Positions 48,964 through 60,165 of a stretch of 64,000 nt of DNA are shown in pieces (positions within the stretch are counted from its first letter, which is position 1; every line of letters begins with the position of its first letter). The stretch comes from a virus, in the IMG/VR virus record IMGVR_UViG_3300038465_000039, positions 1 through 64,000 of that record; one strand, 5' to 3'. The notes below the pieces were generated by a model, which was not told the origin of the DNA, ran no database searches, and saw only the letters and a list, made by a program, of their open reading frames with translations. The position numbers were made by a program, and so were the translations under genes.

Positions 48964-50294
48964 TGGCGGTCAAGATCATCGTCGGCGATTCCCGCGAGCA
49001 ATTGAAACTTCTCGCCAGCGAATCCGTGCACGAGATCGTCACCTCGCCGCCCTATTGGGGCCTGCGCGATTACGGCGTCGCCGGCCAGATCGGATTAGAG
49101 GAAACGCCGCAGGCCTTTGTCGCCGAGATGGTGGCGCTGTTTGCCGAACTGCGCCGGGTGCTGCGCGCCGACGGCACGCTGTGGCTCAATCTCGGGGACA
49201 GTTATGCCACCGGCACGACTTCGGATCGTAATCCGACGGCAACCGGAAAACACGGTTACTGGGAAAACCCGGCCATCAATAAACGAATTGACGGGCGAGC
49301 CTATGGCCTCAAACCCAAAGACCTAGTCGGCATTCCCTGGATGGTGGCCTTTGCCTTGCGCGCCGATGGCTGGTATCTGCGGCAGGACATCATCTGGCAC
49401 AAGCCCAATCCGATGCCGGAAAGCGTCACCGACCGCTGCACCAAGGCGCATGAATACCTGTTCCTGCTCTCGAAAAGCGAACGGTATTTTTACGATGCGG
49501 ACGCAATCGCTGAACCGGCTTCGGAGAATACGCATTCCCGCGGCACCAAGCTAGTGACGCCCAAGAGCGCGCCGGAAGATTCGATGGTGCGCGCCAAGGA
49601 AAGCTGGCACGCCTCGACCGGCGATCACGTTTCCACCCGCAACAAGCGCAGCGTCTGGACCGTGGCCACGGCCCCCTTTGCCCAGGCCCATTTTGCCACC
49701 TTCCCGCCGGCACTGATCGAGCCCGCGATTCGGGCCGGCACATCCGAGCGCGGCTGCTGCGTGGCCTGCGGCACGCCGTGGATCAGGATCGTTGCCCGCT
49801 CGCGTTCGAATGAAAGCGGTTCGGGCCGTAGCGGCAAAAACCCGGCCGGCAAGGGCGGTCCCAACGCGCAGCACGCCGGCAGCGACGATGATATCCGAAA
49901 CGGCCCCGTGATCACTACCTCGACGCTCGGCTGGTATCCGACCTGTGACCACGATGGCCTCGCTCCGCTGCCCGCCTATCCCGACAAACCCGGCCGCGGC
50001 GACGACGACGGCCTTGAGGTGGAAGCGGCCCACGATGCAGCGACAGCGCTGTGGCGCGCCCAATGCCGCGAGGTCGACGAGAAGCGGCGAGCGCTGTGCG
50101 AGATCTCCGCGCGCCTCATCACCGCGCCCTGCACCGTGCTCGACCCCTTCGGCGGCGCCGGCACCACCGCGCTCGTCGCCGATCGTAACCAGCGCCACGC
50201 CATCCTGATCGAACTCAATCCCGAATATGCCGCGATGGCCCGCCGCCGCATCGATGGCGACGCGCCGCTATTCGCCGGTGTGGATCATCCCTGA
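48963..50294 (+). CDS. Beta-class N4-C/N6-A DNA methyltransferase
   Basis: VTSPPYWGLRDY, LWLNLGDSY, HFATFP..L, VLDPFGGAGTT, IELNPEY. Confidence 0.9.
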   Translation: MAVKIIVGDSREQLKLLASESVHEIVTSPPYWGLRDYGVAGQIGLEETPQAFVAEMVALFAELRRVLRADGTLWLNLGDSYATGTTSDRNPTATGKHGYWENPAINKRIDGRAYGLKPKDLVGIPWMVAFALRADGWYLRQDIIWHKPNPMPESVTDRCTKAHEYLFLLSKSERYFYDADAIAEPASENTHSRGTKLVTPKSAPEDSMVRAKESWHASTGDHVSTRNKRSVWTVATAPFAQAHFATFPPALIEPAIRAGTSERGCCVACGTPWIRIVARSRSNESGSGRSGKNPAGKGGPNAQHAGSDDDIRNGPVITTSTLGWYPTCDHDGLAPLPAYPDKPGRGDDDGLEVEAAHDAATALWRAQCREVDEKRRALCEISARLITAPCTVLDPFGGAGTTALVADRNQRHAILIELNPEYAAMARRRIDGDAPLFAGVDHP

Positions 50295-52780
50295 TGGCCT
50301 TCGATCCCCGCCAACTCGACGAGATACGGAGGCGCGTTCGCGTCAGCGATGTGGTCGGCTCTGTATTTCCGCTCATCAAAAAGGGGAATGAATTTGTCGT
50401 CAAAGGCAACGAGTCGTTCACGGTCAACGATGCGAAACAAGTGTGGTGCGAATTCGGATCAGGCGGCGACGGAAAGGGCCACGACGTCTTCGAATTTCTC
50501 GTCCAGAACCAAGGGCTATCGTTCCCCGAAGCGGTCGAAGAACTCGCCAGACAAGCCGGCGTCTCCCTCAAGGACGGACCTGGACGGAGTCCTGCTTCGT
50601 CTAATGGCGCTGGAACTGCATCGGCATCCCACGCTCGAATTAACGGAAGCGGAGCGGAGAGCTCGCCGACAGGTCGAGACGATAGGCCTGACAATGGTCT
50701 GGGAAAAGCTGCAGGCGGCAAGCGTGAAGTCATAGCGACATGGGATTATCTCGATCCGGAAAACACGCTGCTTTACCAAACAGTGCGCATGCAGGAACGG
50801 ATGCCGGATGGCAGTTGGCGTCTTACAAAAGATCGCAAAATCTGGAAAACCTTTTTGCAGCGCCGACCGGCACCGACGCCGGGCGAATGGATTCTTGGTC
50901 TTGATGTCGTCGATCGAGAAACAGGCGAACCTCTTGAGTTTTTGAAGACGGCGACCGGTACTGCATGGCTACGCGTAACCGATGAACGTCTGAAGTGGAA
51001 CAACACTACACGGGCAACGTTCGCCGATCTCGGTAACGTCGAGCACTGGCTATACAATGCAAATGCAGTGATCGACGAACTCCAGGAACCGAGGGACGAC
51101 CAGCGGACTATTTTCTGTCCCGAAGGAGAAGGAAAGGTCGATGTCCTGAAAGAGTGGGGTTTGCTTGCCGTAACCAATTCCGGCGGTGCAAAGCATTTCA
51201 CCACCGCCTGCGCAGAATTCTTTAGGGGCGCAAGGCACGTCGTCATTCTACAGGACAATGATCGCGCCGGCGCCGAGGGAGCGGCCAAGAAAGCCGCGAT
51301 GCTGAAAGCTGTCGGCGTTGAACTGATACAGGCGTTGAATTTTCGCGATGTCTGGCCCAGTTGTCCGATGAAGGGCGACGTCAAGGACTGGCGCGACCAT
51401 GGCGGCACAAAGGATCAGTTGCTCGAGATCGTTGACGATCTGAAGCCATGGACTCCGGAACCCTACAAATTCAGATACGGAGCAAAGACCGCAGCCGATC
51501 TGGATGACAAACCGAAGCAGTATCCCTGGCGGATTAAATTTCTGGTGCCGCGGAATGTCGATACGCTTATCATGGGGCCGAGCAAATCGGGGAAGACATT
51601 CGAGACGCTGAATATGTGCATGCATGTCCACTTCGGAAAGGATTACGCGGGCCGACGTGTTGAACAGGGCGGTGTTGTCTATTTGACTTATGAGGGATCT
51701 GAAGGTTTCGAAAACAGATTCCGCGCCTACATGCAGCACAACGATTTAACCAAGGCTGATCTTCATTCGTTTGCATGGTTGACGCGACCGCCTGGCCTTT
51801 ATGCGAGCGAGGATGATGCTAAGGGTGTAGCGCAGGAAATATCCGAGATCGCCAAGACCTTCCGTCTTCCGCTGTCTCATTCAGTGATCGATACTCATAA
51901 CGCGGCGACCCGGGGATCGAGCGAGATCAAGAGCGAGGATTTGAACCGCATCCAGAATAATTACGGGACCGTTCGAACCATCACGGGTTGCCCTCTCTGG
52001 ATCGTCGGTCATACAAATCAGGAAGGCCGGCACCGCGGCAACGAACAGTTTTTCAACGGCATCGATGCCGCGCTGTTGATACGCAGGCTCTACACCGATG
52101 AGAAAAAAAAGATCGAAAAGCGCGATGATGATAGGCGCGTCATTCGCCGATTGAGTTCCGACAAACAGCGCGATGGCGACGACAACGTGAGCGTCGATTT
52201 TGTGTTGCAGCGGGTTGTAATCGGTAAGGACGAATTCGGTGACGATATCCCGTCGATGGTATCGACTGAACCGGCGCAGAGCGTGCCGGACAGTGTTGTA
52301 GAGGAGACTACCCGGAAAGCTGAATGGCTCGACGGGGAATATCTGATGGGGAGCAATCTGGATGTCTTCCAGGCGTTGCTGCGCAGCCTTGCAAAATCCG
52401 GACAGCCGCCTCCAAAAGAACTCGGATTGTCAAATGTCCCATTGGTGGTCGAATGGTCGCATCTCGGCAGAGAGTATAAGAAGACCGATCCGCGCGAACA
52501 GGATGAACCGATTGATAAATATCAAAATCGCATGAAGGCGAGGACGCGGCGATTCCGTGCTGACCTGCTTAGAAAAAAGGTTATAGGGGTCGCCGAGATG
52601 ATCGATCCATCAGCCGTCAACGAGAATCCGGAGAAGCCGATGATGATGCATTTTATCTGGCCGACTGGACGAAGGGTTTATGGTAAAGGCCTGCAGTGGC
52701 CGCCATTGCCGAAAAAGAAAAAGGAGCAGCCGATGATTCTGGCTCCTGGCGAAACCGAAGACGATCTTCCTCCCATATAA
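50294..52780 (+). CDS. Primase-helicase (DnaG-like N-terminus, TOPRIM, RepA/AAA_25 helicase)
   Basis: SFTV...GHDVFEF....SFPEAVEELA; EGEGK.D, DND..G, D..DW; Walker A GPSKSGKT, VIDT, VGHT. Confidence 0.85.
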   Translation: MAFDPRQLDEIRRRVRVSDVVGSVFPLIKKGNEFVVKGNESFTVNDAKQVWCEFGSGGDGKGHDVFEFLVQNQGLSFPEAVEELARQAGVSLKDGPGRSPASSNGAGTASASHARINGSGAESSPTGRDDRPDNGLGKAAGGKREVIATWDYLDPENTLLYQTVRMQERMPDGSWRLTKDRKIWKTFLQRRPAPTPGEWILGLDVVDRETGEPLEFLKTATGTAWLRVTDERLKWNNTTRATFADLGNVEHWLYNANAVIDELQEPRDDQRTIFCPEGEGKVDVLKEWGLLAVTNSGGAKHFTTACAEFFRGARHVVILQDNDRAGAEGAAKKAAMLKAVGVELIQALNFRDVWPSCPMKGDVKDWRDHGGTKDQLLEIVDDLKPWTPEPYKFRYGAKTAADLDDKPKQYPWRIKFLVPRNVDTLIMGPSKSGKTFETLNMCMHVHFGKDYAGRRVEQGGVVYLTYEGSEGFENRFRAYMQHNDLTKADLHSFAWLTRPPGLYASEDDAKGVAQEISEIAKTFRLPLSHSVIDTHNAATRGSSEIKSEDLNRIQNNYGTVRTITGCPLWIVGHTNQEGRHRGNEQFFNGIDAALLIRRLYTDEKKKIEKRDDDRRVIRRLSSDKQRDGDDNVSVDFVLQRVVIGKDEFGDDIPSMVSTEPAQSVPDSVVEETTRKAEWLDGEYLMGSNLDVFQALLRSLAKSGQPPPKELGLSNVPLVVEWSHLGREYKKTDPREQDEPIDKYQNRMKARTRRFRADLLRKKVIGVAEMIDPSAVNENPEKPMMMHFIWPTGRRVYGKGLQWPPLPKKKKEQPMILAPGETEDDLPPI

Positions 52781-53326
52781 AATCACAGTGCATGCAGAAC
52801 CCCAAATGATAATCAAAGAGACGGTGGCAGGCGTGGCGGCGGATGGTGACCGTCCGTCCGGTCACGGCAGGATGCTAGGCAAGGCTCTGGCGCTGATTGC
52901 TGAGATTGGCCGCCGAGATGCGCCGATGCCAATCCCTGATACTTGCCTCACCTGTGCCTTCCGCGAAGGGACGATGCCCAATCAAACGGCTGGCACGGGC
53001 GTGATGGCGCTCAATTGCGTGCTGCGGATCGACCTTGACCGATTTGCATGCCATCACGGGATGAAGGAAGGCGAGCCGCAGAAACTCTGTGCGGGTTACA
53101 TCGCCGCGATGCTTGCGCCATTTTCGCAAGTGAGGGAAATCTTGGCCGCATTTCACAATGAACTCGGCACCATTGAAGATTCGACGGACGATGAGGTGCG
53201 CACGGCCTTCGATACATGGTTGAGCCTCGCTGATCCCGAGCGTCGGCTGGACGTTTATCAGGCCGCTCGTGAGTATGCCAAAAGTCAGATGCACGGTGAT
53301 GATCAGTAGATTGTGGACAGAGAACC

Positions 53327-54184
53327 ATGAGGGTACAAAAAATGCAGGGGTTGACCAGCATGAAGACTGATTCCGAGGATGTCCAAAAGGCGGTCCTCGA
53401 AGACCGCAAGCGCCGGCGCCTTGGGCTCGCCGCCGAAATGAAACAACTCGGAAAACACAAAAAGCGAATCAAGTTCAGATTGGTCGAGGGACGCTCCTGG
53501 CCGATCGATGTTGCCACTGGCGAGAATGCGGATATCGATCGCGAAGACGTCATGGCGTCGTTACCGGACGATATGAAGGCGCTGGTTGGTGACGTCGATG
53601 AAAAGATGCAGGCCATGCGCGTCGAGGCCGACAAGCACCAATCGTTTACCGAGGATACCGTGCAGGTTGACGAAGGAGTGCTTTTGCGCCGGCGGGCCGA
53701 GCGTGAGGCAGAACTTGAATCGCGCTCCAAGATACGAGGCGAGAAATGGACGCCGGAACTCGTCGAGGCGAGACTGGAAGACGCCTATCGCACGCTGTTT
53801 CGATCAAGCATCGGCGGTACGGGACCGCGTCCATTCGGCAATGCGATGCCGGCAATCATTAAGGAAGTCTCCGATCTCGTGCACCAGGCCGGCAACAAAT
53901 CGCTTCGTAATGCGATTGCTCACAGGTTCAAGGGAGTACCATCGACTGAAGAAGTCCGGCGAGCTAACGAGGCCTTGGCGTGGGCAACTGAATATCTATT
54001 AACCGAGCATCCCGATCTGCCTGGGTTCGTTCAGTTGTCGGCTTTATGGAAGGCATGGGGCGCCAAGATCAGTAAAAAGTGTGAGACTCACGGCATCAAT
54101 CGACAGGCGTTTTATCGCGATCGAAAGATAGCGTTGCAGCTGATTGTCGATGGGTTGATACGAAGCGGGAAGGCGCCGACGTGA
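53327..54184 (+). CDS. Hypothetical protein, DUF6362-like C-terminus (possible transcription regulator)
   Basis: WT.E.V..RLE.A..TL...P...PS..E..R..EAL.W pattern. Confidence 0.5.
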   Translation: MRVQKMQGLTSMKTDSEDVQKAVLEDRKRRRLGLAAEMKQLGKHKKRIKFRLVEGRSWPIDVATGENADIDREDVMASLPDDMKALVGDVDEKMQAMRVEADKHQSFTEDTVQVDEGVLLRRRAEREAELESRSKIRGEKWTPELVEARLEDAYRTLFRSSIGGTGPRPFGNAMPAIIKEVSDLVHQAGNKSLRNAIAHRFKGVPSTEEVRRANEALAWATEYLLTEHPDLPGFVQLSALWKAWGAKISKKCETHGINRQAFYRDRKIALQLIVDGLIRSGKAPT

Positions 54185-55020
54185 GGCTTATTCGAGTCTT
54201 CCCGCGTATCACCAAGGCAACGCCGCGAGATGATCTTGCGCGTTTCGGCCCTCCAACTTTATTCGACGAGGCTGACGAGGTTCATGTGTCGGTAACGTTC
54301 AGCGAGGATAAGATGATCGCAGAACATCTTGCTGAGCAATGGAAGCACGTCGCGCCGGTCAAAATCGGTGGCGTTGCCTACGACGACGATTCGCTCGAAT
54401 TTATTCCGGGTCGCTATATCGGCCCCGGCTATACCATCACGTCGCGCGGATGTCCGCGCAAGTGCTGGTTCTGCGGCGTCTGGAAAAAATGGCCGACCGT
54501 CAACCCCATGACGATCTACCCCGGATGGAACGTTCTGGATGACAACCTGCTCGCCGCGCCGCGCTGGCACGTGGAGGCGGTATTCGAGATGCTGCGCCAA
54601 TACGACCGCAAGCAGCGCGTGACGTTCACAGGCGGCTTGGAAGCCCTCTCACTGCAGGAATATCAAGTCGAACTACTCGCGAGCCTCCGGCCCAAGCCCG
54701 CAATGTTCTGGGCCTATGATCCCGGCGACGAATTCGAGACGCTAGAGCGCGCCGCGCGGTTGATGATCGAAGCAGGCTTTACCGCCGCATCGCATCGGCT
54801 CCGCGTCTATGTCTTGATAGGCTTTCCGAAAGACACCTTCGATCTGGCGGAAAAGCGCCTCAAGCAAATGATGAGCATCGGCCTGACACCGATGGCAATG
54901 CTGTGGTCGCCGGACAAGCCATCGCAAGAGCGATACCGACCTGCGCCGGAATGGCGTGCGTTCCAGCGCCGTTGGGCGCGACCGGCAATCATACATTCTG
55001 ATCCTGAGTGCCATACATGA
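54181..55020 (+). CDS. Radical SAM protein
   Basis: TSRGCPRKCWFC (CxxxCxxC), LDDNLLA, YVLIGF. Confidence 0.85.
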   Translation: MRLIRVFPRITKATPRDDLARFGPPTLFDEADEVHVSVTFSEDKMIAEHLAEQWKHVAPVKIGGVAYDDDSLEFIPGRYIGPGYTITSRGCPRKCWFCGVWKKWPTVNPMTIYPGWNVLDDNLLAAPRWHVEAVFEMLRQYDRKQRVTFTGGLEALSLQEYQVELLASLRPKPAMFWAYDPGDEFETLERAARLMIEAGFTAASHRLRVYVLIGFPKDTFDLAEKRLKQMMSIGLTPMAMLWSPDKPSQERYRPAPEWRAFQRRWARPAIIHSDPECHT

Positions 55021-55213
55021 AAAAACTCCAGAGGCTCTTGAAACTACATCAGGGCGGCGAAAAGTTTGTCCCCACTCCTATCTGCGAGTGCGTCGGCACT
55101 GCGCAGAGGATGCATGTTGACGGTCGATTTATGGGATGGACCGAAGGTAGGCGCGGTCCCAAAGGTGGTGTCTGCGGTGCTTGCGGCGGTGCGATTCCTG
55201 ATGAGAGAGGCAA

Positions 55214-55951
55214 GTGAAGAAACAACCGGCATATGCTTCTGAGGTCGCGCTCTGCGCAGCATTCCTTGCTGCCGTCGATAAGCAGAAGTGGACCGCTTAT
55301 GCCGAGAGTCTAGGATGGGACATCCTACTTGTTCGAAATCGTGACGGATTCCAGATCGGTATCCAAGCCAAACTGCGGCTCAATGTCGAAGTCATCAATC
55401 AAGCAATCGAGGAAGGTGCATGGTATAGGATCGACGAACCCGGCCCCGATTGTCGCGCAATCCTGGTCCCTCCAGATGGCGGCCCGGCCTTCGACAAGGT
55501 TTGTGATTTCATCGGACTGACAATCATCCGGATGCGCGACATGACGCATCTCAATCCGCGCTGGAACAGTGCGTTCATGCCGTCGCTGCCTGACGATCAA
55601 ATCCATGATCGGGAGTGGCACGAGATGGCGCCGACGAAACGCCACAAGCTACCGGAGTATATTCCTGATGTAGCCGCTGGATCATCGGCGCCGATCCAAC
55701 TCACACAGTGGAAAATCAAGGCGATCAAGATCGCTATTCTTTTGGAGAGCCGCGGTTATGTTACCCGCGCCGATTTTTCCTACCTACAGATAGATCATCG
55801 TCGCTGGATAACGATGGGTTGGTTGAAGATTGAGAATGGTCGATACGTAGCCAACGCTTCCCCTGACTTCAAGGCTCAGCATCCCATCGTCTACGGCCAG
55901 ATCGAATCCGATGTAGAAAAGTGGAAACCGAAACAATCGGAGATGCTATGA
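55214..55951 (+). CDS. Hypothetical protein with restriction-endonuclease-like N-terminus
   Basis: YAE..GWDILLV...QIGIQAKL; LPEY.PDV.AG..AP..LT.WKI.A. Confidence 0.5.
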   Translation: MKKQPAYASEVALCAAFLAAVDKQKWTAYAESLGWDILLVRNRDGFQIGIQAKLRLNVEVINQAIEEGAWYRIDEPGPDCRAILVPPDGGPAFDKVCDFIGLTIIRMRDMTHLNPRWNSAFMPSLPDDQIHDREWHEMAPTKRHKLPEYIPDVAAGSSAPIQLTQWKIKAIKIAILLESRGYVTRADFSYLQIDHRRWITMGWLKIENGRYVANASPDFKAQHPIVYGQIESDVEKWKPKQSEML

Positions 55952-56204
55952 CAATCGATATTACATTCAACGACAGCGGCCGCACAGCGACGCAGCCATC
56001 GAACCCGAAATTTCCGGACGGTATCGATGTCGATATTTCAGCACCGGGTCGTGCATCGTGTTGTTTCAACCTGAGTCATCCAGCCCCACGCGTCGGGACG
56101 TATTCGATTGTCTGCCGGACCTGTCGTTGCACCGCGGTCATCACCGTCGCCGGACGCCCCGACGATCCGCGCACCCTAACTTTACCGTGCAAGGAGATAC
56201 GACA

Positions 56205-56645
56205 TTGAGCGATCTTCCGTTTGTTGTCATGATCGACTATACGAACCACACTGGCATTCGTGCTATCCGTGAGATCGTACCAATGCCAACAAACGCGCTG
56301 CACTTCGGCTCGAATCAATGGCACCATGAACCGCAGTGGCTGATCGATGCGATCGACGTCGCGAAGAGCGACATCCGCACATTCGCAGTCAAGGATATCC
56401 ATGCATGGTCGCCAAGAGATGCGGCTACTGGTCGGTCAATGGCATCCTACGCCAAGCAGCTGCAGGCCTCGATCGAGCGGAACGCGCGCATGAAGGTACG
56501 GCTCGCGAAGGTAATCGACGTGCTCGCCGGCGTTGACGGTAGCAAGAGCGACTCGCGCAGCGAGGTTGATGAAGCTATCCGCAGAATAATTGCCGCGCAA
56601 AATGCGATCACGGCAATCATGAAGGATGAGGAGCCGGTCTGGTGA
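56205..56645 (+). CDS. WYL-like domain protein
   Basis: IDYTNH.G....R.I.P, W.IDA.D..K..IRTF...DI; AGGAG RBS, TTG start. Confidence 0.55.
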   Translation: MSDLPFVVMIDYTNHTGIRAIREIVPMPTNALHFGSNQWHHEPQWLIDAIDVAKSDIRTFAVKDIHAWSPRDAATGRSMASYAKQLQASIERNARMKVRLAKVIDVLAGVDGSKSDSRSEVDEAIRRIIAAQNAITAIMKDEEPVW

Positions 56646-56989
56646 AGTTGGTTATCCTGGAGAGCCCGTTCGCAGCGAAAACCTTTATCGGTCGATGGCT
56701 GAATCGTCGGTACGCGCGCCGATGTGTTCGCGATTCTCTGATGCGCGGCGAGGCGCCTATCGCTTCGCATCTGCTCTATACTCAACCGGGCATCTTGCGC
56801 GACGGCGATCCTGCCGAGCGCCAATGGGGAATCGACGCCGGACTGGCATGGGGAGACCGCGCTGACGCCACCGTTGTCTATACGGACCGCGGAACGTCGC
56901 GAGGTATGGTCTACGGCATCAACAATGCGGACCGCGCTGGCCGACCGGTCGAACTTAGGATACTGAGGCGGCATTCGAACAACGGGTGA
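56642..56989 (+). CDS. Nucleoside deoxyribosyltransferase-like fold protein
   Basis: VILESPFA, RGEAPIASHLLYTQ, VVYTDRG.S.GM..GI. Confidence 0.6.
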   Translation: MKLVILESPFAAKTFIGRWLNRRYARRCVRDSLMRGEAPIASHLLYTQPGILRDGDPAERQWGIDAGLAWGDRADATVVYTDRGTSRGMVYGINNADRAGRPVELRILRRHSNNG

Positions 56990-56998
56990 GGTACTGAG

Positions 56999-57469
56999 AT
57001 GGCGGGAAGCGTAAATAGGGTGATCTTGATCGGCAATCTCGGGAAGGATCCCGAGACGTTCGAGCGTAACGGCAATAAGACCGTCAAGTTCTCGATCGCG
57101 ACCAGCGAAAGCTGGCGCGACAAAGCTACCGGAGAGCGCAAGGAGGTCACGGACTGGCACAACATTGTCGTGTTCGACAAAACCGCAGCAGAGTTCGCGG
57201 AAAAATTCCTGAAGAAGGGAATGAAGGTCTACGTCGAGGGCAAGCAGAAGACGCGTAAGTGGACCGATAAAGACGGTGTTGATCGGTACACCACGGACAC
57301 CGTTATTGCAGCGTTCGGAGGACAGTTGCAAAATCTGACGCGCAGCGACGGTGCAAGCGGTGGGGCACCGAGCGAGGACGACTATGGCACGCCGTCTGAT
57401 CGAAACGGGCGCTCGGCATCGCAATCATCCAGCAGGCCCGAGGATGACGGCGGGGATATCCCCTTCTGA
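56999..57469 (+). CDS. ssb: Single-stranded DNA-binding protein
   Basis: MAGSVNRVILIGNLGKDPE, ATSESWRDK, KVYVEG, C-terminal DIPF. Confidence 0.95.
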   Translation: MAGSVNRVILIGNLGKDPETFERNGNKTVKFSIATSESWRDKATGERKEVTDWHNIVVFDKTAAEFAEKFLKKGMKVYVEGKQKTRKWTDKDGVDRYTTDTVIAAFGGQLQNLTRSDGASGGAPSEDDYGTPSDRNGRSASQSSSRPEDDGGDIPF

Positions 57470-57870
57470 TGGCCTCCCGCATTGTCCCAGAAGGTGGATG
57501 GTCGAATCTCAAACCGTTCAAGACGCCGCGAGTCGAGAAGCAATCACACCTGCGATTTGTGAAGTCGCTGATCTGTGTATGCTGTGCGGCCCAAGGTCTA
57601 ACCGTGCAGGCTGACGACCCGCTGCACATTCGGTCGATCAGCCTCATTCACGGTAAGGACGAAACAGGCGGATCGCGTAAGTCAGATGACAGGTGGACAT
57701 TGCCAGGTTGCCGAAGACATCACGATCAGCAGCACGGCATGAACGAGCGAAACTTCTGGTCGATGTACCGCATCGACCCGTTCCTGCTTGCTTTGGTTTT
57801 GTGGGGCCTGACCGGAAACGAGCATGCTGCGGTCGAGGTTATACGGCTGCATGCGAGGGGAGGAGTTTGA
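57469..57870 (+). CDS. DUF968/Ref-like HNH-type protein
   Basis: HL.FV..L.C..C, K.DD.W.LP.C..HH..QH. Confidence 0.7.
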   Translation: MASRIVPEGGWSNLKPFKTPRVEKQSHLRFVKSLICVCCAAQGLTVQADDPLHIRSISLIHGKDETGGSRKSDDRWTLPGCRRHHDQQHGMNERNFWSMYRIDPFLLALVLWGLTGNEHAAVEVIRLHARGGV

Positions 57871-58057
57871 TGCCGCCGTTCCGCGAAGATGTCAAAACCG
57901 CTTTCGGCAATCACAATCGTTTCGCCGAGGTGCTCGGTCAGATCGCTCATGGTCGGACCGATAATGGTAGACCGCTGGCGGCTGAGAAAGTGCGCCAGAT
58001 GGCGCGGGCCGTTCTTGTCGAGTGCGGCATCAATACGTGGTCACCGGACGAAACAGC

Positions 58058-58468
58058 ATGAGGCTTCTGGTATGCGGCGGCCGCGGCTACGGTGTCGTGC
58101 CGGACTGGTATCCGCAGGAACAAGCGGCTGAGGTCCGGGCGCGTGCTGCTCGTGAATCGTTCTTCCTGCGCGAGACGCTGGATTGCCTTCACATCGAAGA
58201 TCCTGTCTCAGTGGTCATCCATGGCGGCGCACGCGGCGCCGATGCATTGGCCGGGCTATGGGCGGTCCGGAAGGGTATTGAGGTCTTAGTCTTCAGGGCG
58301 GACTGGCGAGGTTTAGGGAAGTCGGCCGGTCCCATCCGGAATGCGCGCATGATCTTCGAGGGGTTGCCGGCAATGGTCGTCGCCTTCCCAGGCGGCTCTG
58401 GAACAGCCGACATGGTGCGCCAGGCAACGGCCGCTGGTGTCCGCGTCTTTGAGGCCGGGCAAGGATAG
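58058..58468 (+). CDS. SLOG (YspA/DUF2493-like) protein
   Basis: RLLVCGGR, IHGGARGAD, ADW..G..AGPIRN, VVAFPGG.GT.DM. Confidence 0.85.
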   Translation: MRLLVCGGRGYGVVPDWYPQEQAAEVRARAARESFFLRETLDCLHIEDPVSVVIHGGARGADALAGLWAVRKGIEVLVFRADWRGLGKSAGPIRNARMIFEGLPAMVVAFPGGSGTADMVRQATAAGVRVFEAGQG

Positions 58469-58575
58469 CGGCGAGTCGGAAATAGCGCACCGGTGAGCTT
58501 CTCTGGCCCAGCGAACGGCCATCCACAGGGAAAGTTCAGGTCGTGAGACCGAAAAATAGCTACAAAAATCCTTTT

Positions 58576-58681
58576 CGGGTACGTGAAAATCACAACATAC
58601 TGTTTTTCCATCATATTTTGATTGTCGGCGTACCCGTCAATGGTTTCGCGTACCCGCCACGTACCCGTCATTTCGTACCCG
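58576..58681. repeat. CGTACCCG iteron-like cluster 2
   Basis: One inverted copy (58576), then direct copies at 58629, 58649, 58660, 58674 with an AT-rich spacer. Confidence 0.7.
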
Positions 58682-59712
58682 TTTCGACGATTGCGGCGAA
58701 AATAAATATTGACGGGCCGCGACAGATTGCGACAACCATACGCACGCGAGCCCCGAAAGGGGTATTGCGTCCATCATCCCTGCGAGCGCCAGAACGCCCC
58801 CCGACGCTCGGGTATCGACCTTCCTTCGAACGCCCGGCTGCTCACGCAGTCGGGCTTCGTTGTATCCGGGGGCAGGGGGAAATCTGGGGATGGGCGACGG
58901 TCAATCGCTAGACGAGGCTTTCAAACAAATCGCTGCACTCCGGAAGACGATCGATGAGCAGCAGCGCACCATTACTCGGATGCAATCGGTCGGCGGCTTC
59001 GCCGACAGCAAACAACTATCGACGCGATCTCAGCGCCTCGAGGACCGTGTCGAGCGGCTTGAGTTCGACAGCGTGATGCACCAGGATGTCACCGCTCACA
59101 CGGTCGACCTGATGTCGCGCCACCTGCACGAGCGTCATGATCTCGATCTTGATCGGGACAATTCGCCCGACGTGATTTTCTTGCGCAAGATTCGGAAACG
59201 GTTGCGCGATTGGGCGGAAGACAAGGTCTGATGAGCAAGTGTCGGGATATCCGCGACACCCGACAAGACGAGAACCGGCTGCGGCCGGTGTCATCATGAA
59301 TACTCGGCGCGCTCGCCGACAGGCGCGACCAGATCGAGAAGGAATGCTCTAGGAAGGCTGCTTACCAGCCCTCATCGCCCTGCGGCGACGCCATGAAATA
59401 TAAGGCCGCAGTCTAGGCCTGTAGTATTTCTTGTTCTCTTCGCTCTTGCGCCTTTTGTACTCCAGCGGATTCTCTTCACGTTTTCGCTTCCGATATGATC
59501 TCATGTAGATCTTGGCCTTTTCGGAATATGTCCGCATCACATCGGCTCGTCGAGTTCGGCTTCTATCATGAGATCGTCGATAGCCTGTTGCTCGGTTTCG
59601 CCGTGGCCGATGGGCGAACCGAGATCGTAGTCGTCGAATACAGCGCTCCAATCCGCATCACGAAAAGGAACCGGCGGCGGGTCGTACTTCGTGATGATCT
59701 TGCGCGGTGGCA

Positions 59713-60165
59713 TCATCGTCTCCTCGGCTGCGGTGGTGTCGTGCACAGCACGTGATGCGCCATGCAGTAACTGGAGTTCTCAAGCTTCGGATGGCCGCAG
59801 AACGTCGGCGGATCACCTTCGGGATATCGACAGTCCCCCGGTAACAGATCGGCGAATGGTACTGCGAGCGGCTTGACATCGACGACACGAAGCTTGGCTA
59901 AGCTCACCGGTTCGTGTGTAATGCTGAGACGTAACCCGTTGCTGTTCGTGTTCGCGGGCGTGATCCGGATTCGTGGTCTTGTGACCGGGCTTTTCGGCGG
60001 CTTCGGATCGTTTTCTTTACGAAATAATCCGAGTCTCGAAATCTTCCCGCAGACGGCGTTTCGCGTCACACGGAATTCACCCGCGATTTCGGTTGCTGAT
60101 TTGCCCTCCGCGAACAGCGCCTTGAGACGCTCCACGCGGTCGTCAGTCCAAGCCATCGTTGTCAT
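59713..60165 (-). CDS. gcrA: GcrA-like cell-cycle regulator
   Basis: WTDDRVERLK.L...G.SA.EIA....TRNAV.GK..RLGL; CRYP.GD...FCG.......YC..H. Confidence 0.85.
   Translation of the reverse strand: MTTMAWTDDRVERLKALFAEGKSATEIAGEFRVTRNAVCGKISRLGLFRKENDPKPPKSPVTRPRIRITPANTNSNGLRLSITHEPVSLAKLRVVDVKPLAVPFADLLPGDCRYPEGDPPTFCGHPKLENSSYCMAHHVLCTTPPQPRRR

Noticed and set aside
44775-58681. Invertible segment explaining the strand switch
   Set aside because: The flanking repeat clusters are in direct, not inverted, orientation and no invertase was seen.
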